Shown in pieces: positions 12,961 to 26,142 of a DNA stretch of 64,000 nt (position 1 is its first letter; each line of letters begins with the position of its first letter). The position numbers were made by a program, and so were the translations under genes. The DNA is taken from contig NC_043007.1 of the NCBI RefSeq assembly GCF_006345805.1, forward strand, positions 58,156,001 through 58,220,000, written 5' to 3'. The notes beneath the pieces are model-generated. The model had not been told where the DNA came from. It was given only the letters and a program-made list of their open reading frames with translations, and ran no database searches. Origin of the DNA: Octopus sinensis (Eukaryota).

Positions 12961-13527
12961 AGAGTATAGTTATACAGCTATTTATGCTTGCAGCTTTACA
13001 CCACGCTCTTTAATCGTGTAGAGTAATGAAGAATATATTCTAATTCTCATAGTCATCGTCATCGTGGTCGTCATCATCGTCATCGGCTTTATTCTTTTTA
13101 TTGTTGTCGCCATCTTCCATTGACATTGCTGTCGTTGTTTGGCTCAAAAAACCACCTCCACTGTTCTTTTCTCATTTCTTTCCTTTATTAATTGCTATTT
13201 ATCATGGTTCCCTTTTGTCTTTTAATCTCCTCATTGTTATTATTTTTCTTGCTGCTGCTACTGGTGTTGTTGTTGCTGTTGACGCTTTATGTGGATTGGT
13301 TATTAATTTTCCACTCCTCTCAGAGATCAGCCTTGTAGTATGTCACACTGTCTTCTCCTCCTCATCCTCTTTGTTTTGTCTTCTCTCTCTTTGCCTTCGC
13401 CTCTTCACAACTCGCCAATCGCCGCCATGTATTTACCAGAGTATCTTTGTCGCTTGTTACACGCGCATACATACACGCATACAAATTTACATACATACTT
13501 ACATACACATGCATACATACATACATA

Positions 13528-13586
<59 letters not shown>

Positions 13587-13617
13587 TATATATGAATATG
13601 TATGTATACATTCATAT

Positions 13618-13651
<34 letters not shown>

Positions 13652-13731
13652 CTCGCCCTCCCTCTTTTTCCTTCTCTCTGCCTTATTTTCGCTCATCCCT
13701 CTCTCTCTCTCTTCTCTCTCTCTCTCTTCTC

Positions 13732-13800
<69 letters not shown>

Positions 13801-13804
13801 TATA

Positions 13805-13836
<32 letters not shown>

Positions 13837-13858
13837 CAGAGAGGAGAGAGAGAGAGAT

Positions 13859-13945
<87 letters not shown>

Positions 13946-14080
13946 GTATATGTGTGTGTGTGCGCGCGTATGTGTGTATGTATGTATATACACACACACA
14001 CCACGCACGCACTCATACATGTACATATTCAAGTTGTTATCCTATTATCATAAAATCTGTGCTTATACAAGTGTGTGTTA

Positions 14081-14127
<47 letters not shown>

Positions 14128-15411
14128 ATACACATATATGTTTGTGTGTGTGTATGCTGTATATACGTACATACAAACGCATACATGCATGCACATACAC
14201 ACTTATTCATATATATGCATACATCTATAACTCACACATACGCACACACACACACACACACACACACATGTATATATTGGTAATTGGATAACGACTTGAA
14301 TTCGTTCACTTGGTGAGAAACTTAAGGAAATACATATGAAACGTTAACACTCAAGAAAGTTTACCCTTCAGGCATCTGCCTGCCTCACATCACACTCTTG
14401 CCTCCGACGTGTACTCTCTCTCCCTTCTCATTCACTCTTTCGTTCTCTCTCTTTCTCTCTCTCTCTCTCTCTACCTATCTGTCTATCTATCCATCTCTCA
14501 CCCATTCTCTCCCTCTCTCGATCTAGTTTTATCTTCGCTTTTTGTTCCTTTTTCTTCCTCATTTTCGCTTTTTCTTTTTGTTTTGTTTAACTGTGCTCCT
14601 TCCTCACTCACCGACGTAATCATTACAATCTTCTCGTACTTTTTTTCCTCTGGATTTCTCCCTGTCTCTCTATCTCTATCTACCTTTCTATATATCTTAC
14701 TCTCTCTCTCTTTCTTTGTCTATCTATCTATCTTTCTTTCTCTCCCCCCTCTCTCTCTCTGCACCAAGCCCTTACCCTAATCCTAACTTTAACACTGTCC
14801 CTGTGAAATATTCTTTCCTTTTCCTTCTAATCACTGTTGTAAATGATCCCTTTGGAATTAAACCATTAAGCAGAATATGTTTGTGGTTGTTATATCATGT
14901 TATGTTCAACACACACACACACACACTCAATCATGCAGACACATATACATTGAAAGTCACACATACAGAGTCATCAGGACGCACACAGTTATACACATAA
15001 AACTCACAGGCATAAACACACACACAGAGGAAGCTACGTAGGCATTAGCCAACAGCAGAACTATGTGTTCCATAATAATCAACTATGAATGCTGCTCCAT
15101 AAAAGAGACCGTGTGCCTAACAGAGAGATAATTACAGAAATCACTATTTAGTGCTTCAGGATTCAATCTTTATTTAATAAATTCTACCTAATGATTCTCT
15201 TACATAAAGAGTAAAACATAACATCTAAAAATTAAGGCAGGGTATTTAAGAAGTTTTGATGTTCAAATCTTCCCTAATGGTCCTAAGGACGTAAATAGAG
15301 TGATCTCAATGCGACAATGGAAACCATTTGTAAAAGGCTTCTGCCGAATATTTGCAGTTATTTAACGGAGTTTTCACCTTAAAAATATATTATTTATACT
15401 CATAGTAATAT

Positions 15412-15613
15412 TCTACTCTTGACACAAGGCCCGAAATTTTGGAGGAGGGAGCTAGTCGATTAGATCGACCCCAGTACGCAACTGGAACTTAATTTATCGA
15501 CTCCGAAAGGACGAAAGGCAAAGTCGACCTCGGCGGAATTTGAACTCAGAACGTAAAGAAAGACGCTAAGCATTTCGCCCACTGTACTTACAATTCTGTC
15601 AGCTCACCGCCTT
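15412..15613 (-). mobile_element. tRNA-derived SINE, second family
   Basis: Minus strand has head ggcggtgagctgacagaat, B-box gagttcaaattcc and core gtcgactttgcctttcgtcctttcggagtcgataaattaag. Copies at 39.7 and 49.4 kb. Confidence 0.85.
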
Positions 15614-17357
15614 ATTCATATTCTTAATATTGATATTCATATTCATATTCATATATCCAATTTATTCTGTTACTAAAAAGGCAAATATTGACATGCATCT
15701 CACGAAAGTGAAAGAAAATCTCTCGAATTTAGAGACAATAATTACAAAGAACGAATGCTATAAATAAACAGGAGCTATCTTGGTTTCCCAAGATTGATGA
15801 GCGTGTACGATACTCGATTTAAACCAGTTACCCGGGTAGAAATCGAAGGCCTTCGTCGTTAAAATGTGTTTTAGAATGGTGTTTGGTTTATTTATGTCTT
15901 GTAAATGGTAATCGCCAAGTTAACTACAGTTAAAGACGTCGACCCTATATATAACAGAAGCATACCACTTAGAACCAAACGTTTTTTCCAATGACAAATG
16001 CAAGGAAACGCCAATACATAAATTACGATCTGTCTGTCTAATATTTCACCATTACCATGACAAATGATGTATTTCTTCTTTAAGTATAAGTTCGAAAGCT
16101 GAGTCAACAGGGGAGATTTACAACTAGATGAAATCTCCAAGTGGTTTAAATGCACAAGTCTCCAATATCCAAATGGCTAAAAAGTGTCAGCAGAAGAGCA
16201 CTCAGGCAACATGACCTGAAAGCAGCCCGGCCCTGTTAGAGTGTAAAAAGTTAAGGGCTGAAACACTTGCCTGAGAGGAGTTTCTTAACCTGCTGTTCAG
16301 CTCTCTTACCATTTATCAGTATTTAAACAACTCAACTTCCACTGCCTCTGTAAACAGTGTTATATTTCATCCGTCGTCCAGTATAATACTATCACCTAAG
16401 TCTGTTTAGCACAGCAAATAGTTCAACTGTTGTTGTCAAAATTTGTTTGTGTCATGACCCAGTAGCATCTTAAGCTTGAAACATTCAAACAAGTTTACGC
16501 TGCTGTTATTTACAAAGGTTGTCTCTACAGATACTCTATTGAAATTATAGCCGGCTCTGATTTTTCTTACGACTTTTCGTATCTGAGACGTTAGATGTAA
16601 ACAAATGAGACCAATGATGAAAAAAGGGTAATGAGCATATATGCCATATTTCGGGAGTTTTTGCTCCTTCATCAGCATCCATCTAACCCCTTAATCATCC
16701 GCGAGCACATTGCTTAAATAGCCACCATATACAGCGGTATAATGTTATTGGATATACCAATTTTATGTATTAAACACATTCCTGGAAACTGGTAGATAAA
16801 TATGGATAACCTGTAGGGTGAGGTATTTCGCTATGGTTGTTGCTGCTGTTGTTGTTGAAGATGATATTCTACTCCGTTTCAATACTGATCGAGCAGATGT
16901 GTTAATAAAGACCTCCAACTGCCGTGATCATCTTGTCAGGTTAAGAGTATACGTGATTACATTATCTTTAAAGGGCCAGAATGATGGGAGATAGAAGAAA
17001 CTAGGAAGGTGCTCTAAAGCCGGCAACTTGGTCCGAATGCTTCTAAGAGAGTTAAACAAGGTGCCAAGCAGAGCGGCAGACGAAGTCTAAAACACAAGTA
17101 GGGGTGGAGGGATTTGAATTCATAAGAACCAGAACAAATACAACAAATAACGCAACACACCCGATTCAACATTGTTACACGACAGCAAATCCACCACCCT
17201 CGATTTATCGACAATGTAACGATGAAGTGCAATGTTCATCTCGGCGGGATTTGAACGCAGAGCGCAAAGTGGTGAAACAGATAACGGATGACATTCTATA
17301 CCAAACTATAACGACTTTGCTTAATGAGTCGTATGAGTATGTGCGATTGTATGAGTA

Positions 17358-17399
<42 letters not shown>

Positions 17400-17404
17400 C
17401 GCGT

Positions 17405-17497
17405 GCATGTGGTTGTTTTGTAGGAAATTTTACTTCCTACCACATGGTTCCGGGTTCAGTCCCATGCGTGCTACCTTGCGCAAGTGCCTTCTCCTCT
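17405..17497 (+). mobile_element. SINE head fragment (OR1-like)
   Basis: ccacatggttccgggttcagtccc...ccttgcgcaagtgccttct. Confidence 0.65.
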
Positions 17498-17533
17498 GAA
17501 ACTGAAGGAAACGCACCGTGTATATATTATATA

Positions 17534-18809
17534 TCAAGCTGAGTAAAAAGTAAGCAACGTTTTGAAACATGAAATTCATTACAATATATTTCAATAATGC
17601 GGGAATTTTATTCATCAAAGTAAGTACCATTAGAATCAACACAGTTTTGCCAACGAATTACAAGTTTGTTTATTCCGGTAACATAAGAATCTGGAGTTCT
17701 GGTGCTGATAAACTCTTTGAACGCACTTCCAGCATCCGTTTGATTTTTGAACTCCTCTCGCAGGAAACCATCACGCTGCTTAAAAAAGTGGTAGTCGGCT
17801 GGAGAAAGGTCTGGGGAATAAGCTGAGCGGGGAAGAACTTTGTAGCCAAGTTCCCTTAACTTCTGGAGCATCATTCGTGAAACGTATGGTTGAGAATTGT
17901 CATGCAGAATGATTGGACCTCTTTTGTTGACCAGTCTGGGATGGAGGCGTGGCAATTTTTCGTTTATTTCGGCAATTTCATGGCAATATGTTTATGCAGT
18001 AATGGTTTTTCCGGGTTTTAAGAAGTTATAGTAGATGTGTCCAGCAGTACACCACCAAACAGTCACCATAACCTTCTTTTCGAAGAGCTCGGGTTTTGAG
18101 AATGTTTTCAATGCTTCATTTTGGTCCAACCACTGCGAAGTACATCTTTTTTTATTGTACAGAATCCACTTTTCATCACAAGTTACAATACGGTCGAGAA
18201 ATGCATCGGTCTAGTTATGGAGAAGAAGCGACGAGCAAATTTCATATCTGCACATTTTCTGATTTTCATTCAAATCGTATGGTGCCCACTTGTCGAGCTT
18301 TTTTGATTTTCCAATCGTATATAAATGGTTACAGGAAAGTTTCTAGCTAACTTGAAGTTCTTTTACCAGTTCTCTAGTGGCTTTACGTGAATCTTTTTCA
18401 ATGGCGGTCTTTAATTGACCGTCATCGATGACAGATGGGTGCCCACTACGCTCACGATCTTCAAGGCTCAGGTCTCCACTGCGAAATTGTTTAAACCATT
18501 TTCAAGTTGACCGCTCACTGGTCATTTCTTCACAAAAGGTTTCATTGATATCACGAGCAGTTTCAGCTGCTTTTCTTTTGAAGCTGAATAACAAAATTGC
18601 TCGAATATCGCGCTTTGACAGTTCCATTTCGGATGATTGTAACAATGGTGAAAAACATCAATGTTAATTTATTGATGCATTTGGGCAAGTCTATGTCTGC
18701 ATTATCAGACAATTGCAAAAAATGTTTAGAAAGGATTCAAAACTCTGACACAAAATCCGGTACAAATTCTTTATGGTTCAAAACGTTGCTTACTTTTTAC
18801 TGAACCTGA
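17534..18809 (-). mobile_element. Full-length decayed mariner (DD34D-type)
   Basis: ~33 bp TIRs tcaagctgagtaaaaagtaagcaacgttttgaa / ttcaaaacgttgcttactttttactgaacctga. ORF remnant GPIILHDNSQPY...YSPDLSPADYHFFK...WQNCVDSNGTYFDE. Confidence 0.95.
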
Positions 18810-19089
18810 TGTGTTTGTGTGTATGTGTGTGTTAAATAAAATGTGTCAACAAAGCCAAGGCAGTGTCAAACTTCTAGGACATTTATAAAGAGATCTTGAG
18901 TGCAACACTCGAACAACTAGGTATGCATCCTCACAATACGTGTGCGTGAGTGTGTGTGTGCGTTGATCCGGGCTAGATTTGAACTTAAAGCGCAGAGTCG
19001 GAACAAATACTGCAAATATTCTATCTATTGCTCTACCGTCTCTGCCAACTAACCATCTTAAATTGTTCGACAAAAACCTGATTTTGATG

Positions 19090-20345
19090 AAACAGGGAAT
19101 AAATGAATGAGTGAATGACAGAAGCAATAAATGAAAAAGGAAATTAAGGCTCAGTTAAATGACTGGAGGAAGGAAGGAAGGAAGGAATGAGTGATTGAAT
19201 GCATAAAGGAAGAAATAACGGACTGAAAGACAGAATAATGATGGTAGGAATAAATAGATGAATGACAGAAAACATAAATGAATAAAGAGAAAGTAAAGAA
19301 GGAAAGAATTAAATAATGGTGAAAGGAAAATGAAGGAATGGAAAAATTAAGAAGAAAATAAATAAATGCATAAAAGAAGGAATAAATTAATGGTGAACCT
19401 AAAAGGGAAATGAATGAACGAAATAAGGAAGGAAAGAAAGAAGGGATAGATGAATGAAGGAATACAGCAAAAAAAGTAAGGAGGAACAAATAGAGTAAGA
19501 AAGAAAATGAAGAACGGAAAGAATAAACGAATGAATGAATAAAAAAGAAATTGGTAATTAAAGAAAGAAAGAAATGATTGAACGAATAAAGAACAAATGT
19601 ATTAAACAAAATAATATATGAAAGAAAAAGGGAATAAATGAATGAAGAAATGAATAATGAATGTAGGAATAAATAAATGAATGGCAGAAACGTTAAGGAG
19701 AGAAGTAAAGAATAAATGAATGAAGAAAGGAGGAAAGAAGGAATGGTAAAAGAACAATGAAGGAATGAAGAAAATAATACAGGAAAGACAAAATGAATAA
19801 ATGTATAAACGAAGGAATAAGTTAATGAAGAAAGTAATGTAGAATTGGAAGAAGTAAGAAGGAGAGGAGAGATGGAGAGAAAGCAGGAAGGAAGGAAGAG
19901 ATAAAGGAACTAATGAAGGAAGACAAGAATGAATGAAAGAAGGATGTAAGGAAAAGTGAATGACGGAATAAAGGGAGAAATATATGAAGAAAGGAAGAAA
20001 TATATGAAGGAAGGAAGGAATATATGAAGGAAGGAAGGAGATGAAGGAACTAAGAAAATAATACAAGAATGAATGAAAGAAGGAAGTAAAGAAAACTGAG
20101 TGACGAAAGAAACAAAGAGTTAAATAAAGGGAGTGAGAAATTAACGAATGAATCGAAGAGGAATAAATGAATTAAACAAAAAATAAATGAAGAAAGACGA
20201 GAATAAATGAAGGGGAGGAATGAAGGAAAGGAGCAATAAATGAATGAAGAATGAAAGGCTGAAAGAATAAAAGGAAATCAATGAATATAACAGCTTATGT
20301 GGTAAAAATTGAGTGCAGTGATGGATGAAAAAGGAAAAATGAGAT
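19090..20345. repeat. ~1.25 kb degenerate purine-rich (GAAT/GAAG/AAAT)n low-complexity tract
   Basis: Plus strand is almost devoid of C; mosaic of gaat, ggaa and aaat tetramers. Confidence 0.9.
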
Positions 20346-20640
20346 GTCATTGTGTTATTATATCTCGTTATAGATTTTTGTGTGTTTATATGTGCATATG
20401 CGGCCTATGTGTGTGGCTCTGTGCATGTTTGTGTGTGTCTTTGTGGAAAGGTGTATGTGTTGTATTTATTTGTTAGGGTGTGTCGATTTATCTAAACGTG
20501 AATGAATGTTCATGCTTGTGAGAATAGAGATTCACGTATTAAGCGTGTGTATGACGGTATCGAAACATACACGCATATATATGCATACACATAAATATAA
20601 TACATGTGGATAAGTAGCGCATGTATAAATATATTGAGCC

Positions 20641-20711
<71 letters not shown>

Positions 20712-21379
20712 GTATGTGTATGCTTGTGTATGCATTCATATGTGTATATATATATGTACACACACACATAAATATATATACACACACATTGACACCAAGG
20801 TTTCAATAAGAGCTTCGACCGTTAAAAACCTATGTGACCGATTAATATAACTGTTATTAGCAACAAACCGGACGCACGCACGTACACACACACACATACA
20901 CAAATACACACACACACACATTTTGCTTTTAAGTTTATCTCTACAGCTTTCCAAGCCAGCACTGCAAATTACGACCTTTCGTAAAGATTTCAGTCGATGA
21001 AAAAGATAGGTGATGGGTGTATATGTATATATCAAGTCATTGCTCCTTTCTGAACGACAGTTTTATTATATGTACTGCAAACGGATTGTATTCTTCTATT
21101 ACCTATTGGATTTTATAACGCTGAAAGGTACCTAATCTGGCACTCCCAGATGTTTCCGAACTCCTTTCCTTAATTGTTCGCTCATCACAACTTGGTTAGT
21201 TCCAAAGATTAGGGTAAACGTGGTCAATCACCGTACCTTCTCTAATCTCATATACACCATTCTGGTACCTTTTCAACGAGAGGTTTTGTGAACACTCGCT
21301 GGGCGCTCATAACACCTTAGGTGTTCTTAAACTCGTAACCTGATACTATAACTCTGGTCTTGCCCTTCTCGTCATCATA

Positions 21380-21485
21380 TCTCAATATACCGCGTCCTCT
21401 AACACTGACTTTAATGAAACCCTTAAACATCTGGAACAACGCGTTATCTTCAATTAGAAATCTCTTTTAGCGTGCTCTTAATAAA
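21380..21485 (+). pseudogene. Possible Penelope-like GIY-YIG endonuclease C-terminal relic
   Basis: aaacatctggaacaacgcgttatcttcaat = KHLEQRVIFN resembles the RxxxEQxxIFxL motif of PLE endonucleases. Heavily degenerate. Confidence 0.25.
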
Positions 21486-22029
21486 TACCACATCATAATC
21501 AGATCCTATACTCTACTGTCATGTGCTTTACTCCATAAACCTTTTCCGTTAGTTAGCTTATCGTCTGTATTTGTGCTGTAATATAATAAACTATGCCTGC
21601 ATGTCTTGTAAATATGCATACTGCTCGGACATATATGTGCAGTGTTGTTTTGCATACATTACACAAATGATTATATACAATATGCGTGACCAATGTACAG
21701 TTCGTATAAACTGTATACTGATAAACATATTCATAGTAATACAGGTCCACGTAAAAGAATGTAATGTCTCGACAGGACAGAACCCGCAGACGAGCCGAAA
21801 ATTGCTAGAGTAGATGAAGATAGAATGCGACTTTTATCAGAGTAAATCTTGAAGGATAGGACAAGGTATATATGTGCGAACAAGGTATGTATGCGAGTAT
21901 GTTATGCATGTGTGTTGCGTATACCTTTATCAATGTAGTCGATGTGTAGTCTGGATCACGAAACATCTACTTTTGAACAATGTTTACTTTTTATCGTAAA
22001 CTCTGTTTTACTGCAATTTTTTATTTCAG

Positions 22030-23503
22030 TCACTCTGCTGCATTCGAACCTTCCACTGAACCGACTATATTTCCACACAAAACACTTATGGGCGTATTTC
22101 CTACCTTGAATACTTCCATCCACTCTGTGCCGAATAAATCAAATGAACTTTTTTAACACATTACGTTTGACGTCGATATGTTACACTACATACGAATTCA
22201 CCGAAAAAATATAATTTTTTTTCTCGTAAGACCATGTGCTACCTTTTTAGATTTAATTAATTTCGGCTTACTGACATATTTCCAAGATTTTTTCTTCTTT
22301 TTATAATGGTGATATCACTACCAATGTCCAACTGCATTTTAACACTTGCATTTCTGATTTTCACCTTCACGAATTTCCTCGTCGTTATATTGCCAATTTC
22401 TTCCGATGATATAGTATTTATTCTTTCTCCTTTATTCTGACATTTTATCATTTTCGTTCTACAATACATCTTTATATGTCCGATATTACCACAATGAAAG
22501 CAATCCACTTTCTTAAATGGTCATTTTTTTTTCAGGTGTATACCTCCACATGCAAAATATGGGTTTATTTCTTGATTTTTTGTCGCGTGTTTTAGGAAAC
22601 ATTTATCCCTATTCTGACTATTTCGCACGTGTTTTACTTGAAAACAATCTTTCCACTCGATTTCCTCTGTGTCATGTCTTAATTTGACTATCCTTTCACA
22701 TTCTTCTGACAGTTGCTGTAGGGTTACATCATGGTTTTGTTCCAGCTTTGCGAGAATTCTAGTTCTAACTTCTGCATCCTTTTCAGCAATAAGTCCTTGT
22801 GTAAAAATCAAGCATTTGAACATATTTGGCGTTAATTCATTCAGCTTACACCTCTTGCATTCCTGTTGACTCTACCAGTAAATGTGATGTAGTTCTCGTC
22901 GTTGTTTTTCTCTATGTTCAGACACTTCCAACGTGTTAAGCAATAGAGCTTTTTCCACTGAAAACTTTACAGAATATATCTATTGTGTCATTAAAATTTG
23001 TCAGAAAGTTTTCTTGGAAGTACATAATTACTGTATCTGTCATGTTCTGTTGCCACCAGTTTTCTCAAGATTAAGCGCGTTTTCATCTCATCGTCCCAAT
23101 CTTTACATTCTTTATCGAATATTTGCTCATATCTTCTGTAGTATGCCACCTAGGTAGCTCCTTCGTCTGGTTCATATTTGAACACTGAACTGGAGTTCGC
23201 AACATAGTCTGGCGAGAACATTTTTTCTGAATTTCCTGACGACTTCATTAATTGCAGCATTTGTTGTCGTTGCTCTGTTGTATCTGCTGCAGTTGCAGTT
23301 TTTGCAACTTGAGCAAACCTGCCAACAAATTTTCCATACTTTTACGATTTTTCGCAAAATTCGTACACTAACTTTGTAAGTTTATTAACTCCTCTTCGAG
23401 TTTCTATTAACTCCACGTGAATTGGCTTATCTTCGTCGATTTTATTAATCCATCGTGAGTTGTTTAAATCGTTGTCCTCATGAATTGCTTAAATCCTCGT
23501 TAC
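22030..23503 (-). mobile_element. Gypsy/Ty3 LTR-retrotransposon internal relic (gag, zinc knuckle, protease)
   Basis: Gag-like FKCLIFTQGL..DAEVRTRILAKLEQ..TLQQLSEECERI; CCHC knuckle CFHCGNIGHIKMYC; protease-like MQLDIGSDITII; PBS-like TGGTAACGAGGA at 23503-23492. Confidence 0.88.
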
Positions 23504-23556
23504 CACTTTACAGAAAACAAAAGATGAAGATAGGTGTAGGAACAACAAGGGGTATC

Positions 23557-24010
23557 AAACAACTTATAAATAAGGGCAAACGAAAAAATTTCTAATGCCA
23601 AATATGCCGAAATTGGACATATTGTCCATAACCATATACTTTTTCATAATACGCACGCTACTCGAAAAAAGGTTGACAGAAATTTCTAAAAAATTCCATT
23701 ATTACCATATCGGACCGATTTGAGGGTTAGTTCATAAGAACCCTCCCTTCGTCAGTGATAAATGTGGCAAAGAAATAAATGAGATACTTACTCATACCCA
23801 TGGATATGAGTAAGTATCTCATTTATTTCTTATGAACTAACCCTCAAATCGGTCCGATATGGTAATAATGGAATTTTATAGAAATTTCTGTCGACCTTTT
23901 TTCGAGTAACGTGCGTATTATGAAAAATTACATGGTTATGGACAATATGTCCAATTTCGGCATATTTGGCATTAGAAATTTTTTCGTTTGCTCTTATTTA
24001 TAAGTTGTTT
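23557..24010. repeat. ~450 bp fold-back palindrome with an asymmetric insertion containing a hammerhead half-core
   Basis: aaacaacttataaataagggcaaacgaaaaaatttctaatgccaaatatgccgaaattggac is mirrored at the right end; centre atacccatggatat. About 34 nt near 23741-23774 is present only in the left arm. Confidence 0.95.
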
Positions 24011-24105
24011 ATAATTTTAACCTTTAAAGGTATTTTTTAATATGCTGGCCATTGATAAAATTTTTTTTCTTTCGAAAAAATTTTAGCCTACATTAAATAT
24101 ATCTA

Positions 24106-24141
<36 letters not shown>

Positions 24142-24200
24142 TGTATGTATGTATGTATGTATGTATGTATGTATGAATGTATGTATGTATGTATATATAC

Positions 24201-24231
<31 letters not shown>

Positions 24232-24437
24232 TGTATGTATGTATGTATGTATGTATGTATATGTATGTATATATGCACACGCATAAACTTACATATTCTC
24301 TCCAACATATACTGACATACACAAGCGCACATGTGTTATGGACTTTTGGGCAAAAACATAAAAGTGTCCATTACAAGGACAAGCAACATTCGTAGCGATC
24401 ACTGCAGAAGCAGTAAAAGTAGTAGCAGCAGTAAAAT

Positions 24438-24475
<38 letters not shown>

Positions 24476-24818
24476 TAAATGAGAGAGAAGTCGGAGAGAG
24501 GGAGAGAGGAGGAGATGGTGTTCAATGGACCTTGCCACACCATTAATTGATCGAGTACGACGTATTCTCTTTTATCCTTTCACAAATAATCCCAATGATT
24601 ACAGACTGTAAAAACTTCACAATGAGGGAAACACTACAAGTCAGTAACTGTCTGCGCTTGATTTTCACAGTGTTCTCATTCCTCAGCTGCTTTCTCTCTC
24701 TCGTTCTTCTGTATCTATTTCTTTCTCTACCCGTATATACATAGACACACACACCTATATATTCTCTTATGTGTTTTAGCCTTGAGGCTGTAGCCAAGCT
24801 GAAGCACCGGCAGTGATA

Positions 24819-24882
<64 letters not shown>

Positions 24883-25344
24883 TACATGTGTACATATATA
24901 TACACACTAACACACACACACATACTTTGTAGGTTTCATGTGAAGAGAGATATTTACAATTGCTCCAGCGTAGCAGCTGGAAACATTGGTATTCGTCTCC
25001 CTTTTGGATAAGAATAGCGACATTACCATATACATACATACATACATACATACATACGTACGTACGTACGTACGTACGTATGTATGTATGTATGAATGCA
25101 TGCATGCATGTATGTATGTATGTATTTATGTATGTATGTATGTATGTATGTATGTATGTATGTATGTATGTATGTATGTATGTATGTATGTATGTATGCA
25201 TGTATGTATATATCTATTTATGTATGTATGTATGTATGTATGTACGTACGTATGCATGTATGTATGCATATATGTATGTATATGTGCAGATTGTATGTTT
25301 TGTTTTACATGCATATAGTTGAATGTCTATACATGCTAATATAT

Positions 25345-26068
25345 ACTTAAATGATAAACTTCTGGAAAGTTTTACAGATTTTTACAGCTCCGGTAATGAA
25401 TTGGATCTGTAGTCTTCGTATCAACTTTCCCCTTTCTAGTTTTGAGAAGCCTAATTCCTCAAGATTGGTACTTAGGTAGTGTGTTGCATATTCCAGTGCC
25501 CCAATAATTACAGATACAAAGTTAAACTTATAATCTGGATAGAGTAACTGTAGATTTCTCATTAGTTCAGCTCAGGTATTTTCTTTTTTGCTGATCTTTA
25601 GCTTTATGTTAACATCTGCTGGGCAGTTGATTTCCACAACTGTTCACAATTTCTCATCTTTATCTTAAATCACTATGTTAAGTCTAATATGTTTACATTT
25701 TACTGAGGTTTTTGAATGGAACATTCCATCTGTACTCCTTTTTATTATGAGTGGCTATGGTCTCTACCATATTGTAGGTTCTTATTTCTTTGGCATCGGG
25801 GTTATCCTTCCAATGGATCTCATTATATAGTGTCTCAGCTACATCATGTCTCATCGGTAGATAATACTGTTATGACATTTTTACGAGATGGGTAACATCT
25901 TCGGTTTTAACTCCACAAAGTCTGCATCAGTTATCACATTTTGCTACTTTTCCTGCATCTCTATCCCTTTTGTGCATCCGGTATTTGGTTGATATTTCTT
26001 GTTCCTGTACTGCAAACACATACCGTTCAAAATGGAAGTAAGTAATCCAGTTGTTGGTCCATGATAGA
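25345..26068 (-). mobile_element. R4/Dong-like (restriction-like endonuclease) non-LTR retrotransposon 3' relic
   Basis: Minus-strand translation FAVQEQEISTKY...CRLCGVKTEDVTHL...RHDVAETLY...VVEINCPADVNI...FVSVIIGAL...KICKTFQKFII matches the CCHC + RHD + RLE layout. Confidence 0.8.
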
Positions 26069-26073
26069 CATAC

Positions 26074-26104
<31 letters not shown>

Positions 26105-26142
26105 TGTATGTATGTATGTATGTATGTATGTATGTATGTATG

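Noticed and set aside
16204-16277. tcaggcaa/ttgcctga-closed structure with ATGA, CTGAAAG and GAAAC, considered as SECIS or hammerhead
   Set aside because: No CUGANGA or UH site for a hammerhead; SECIS helix II does not pair; no gene context.
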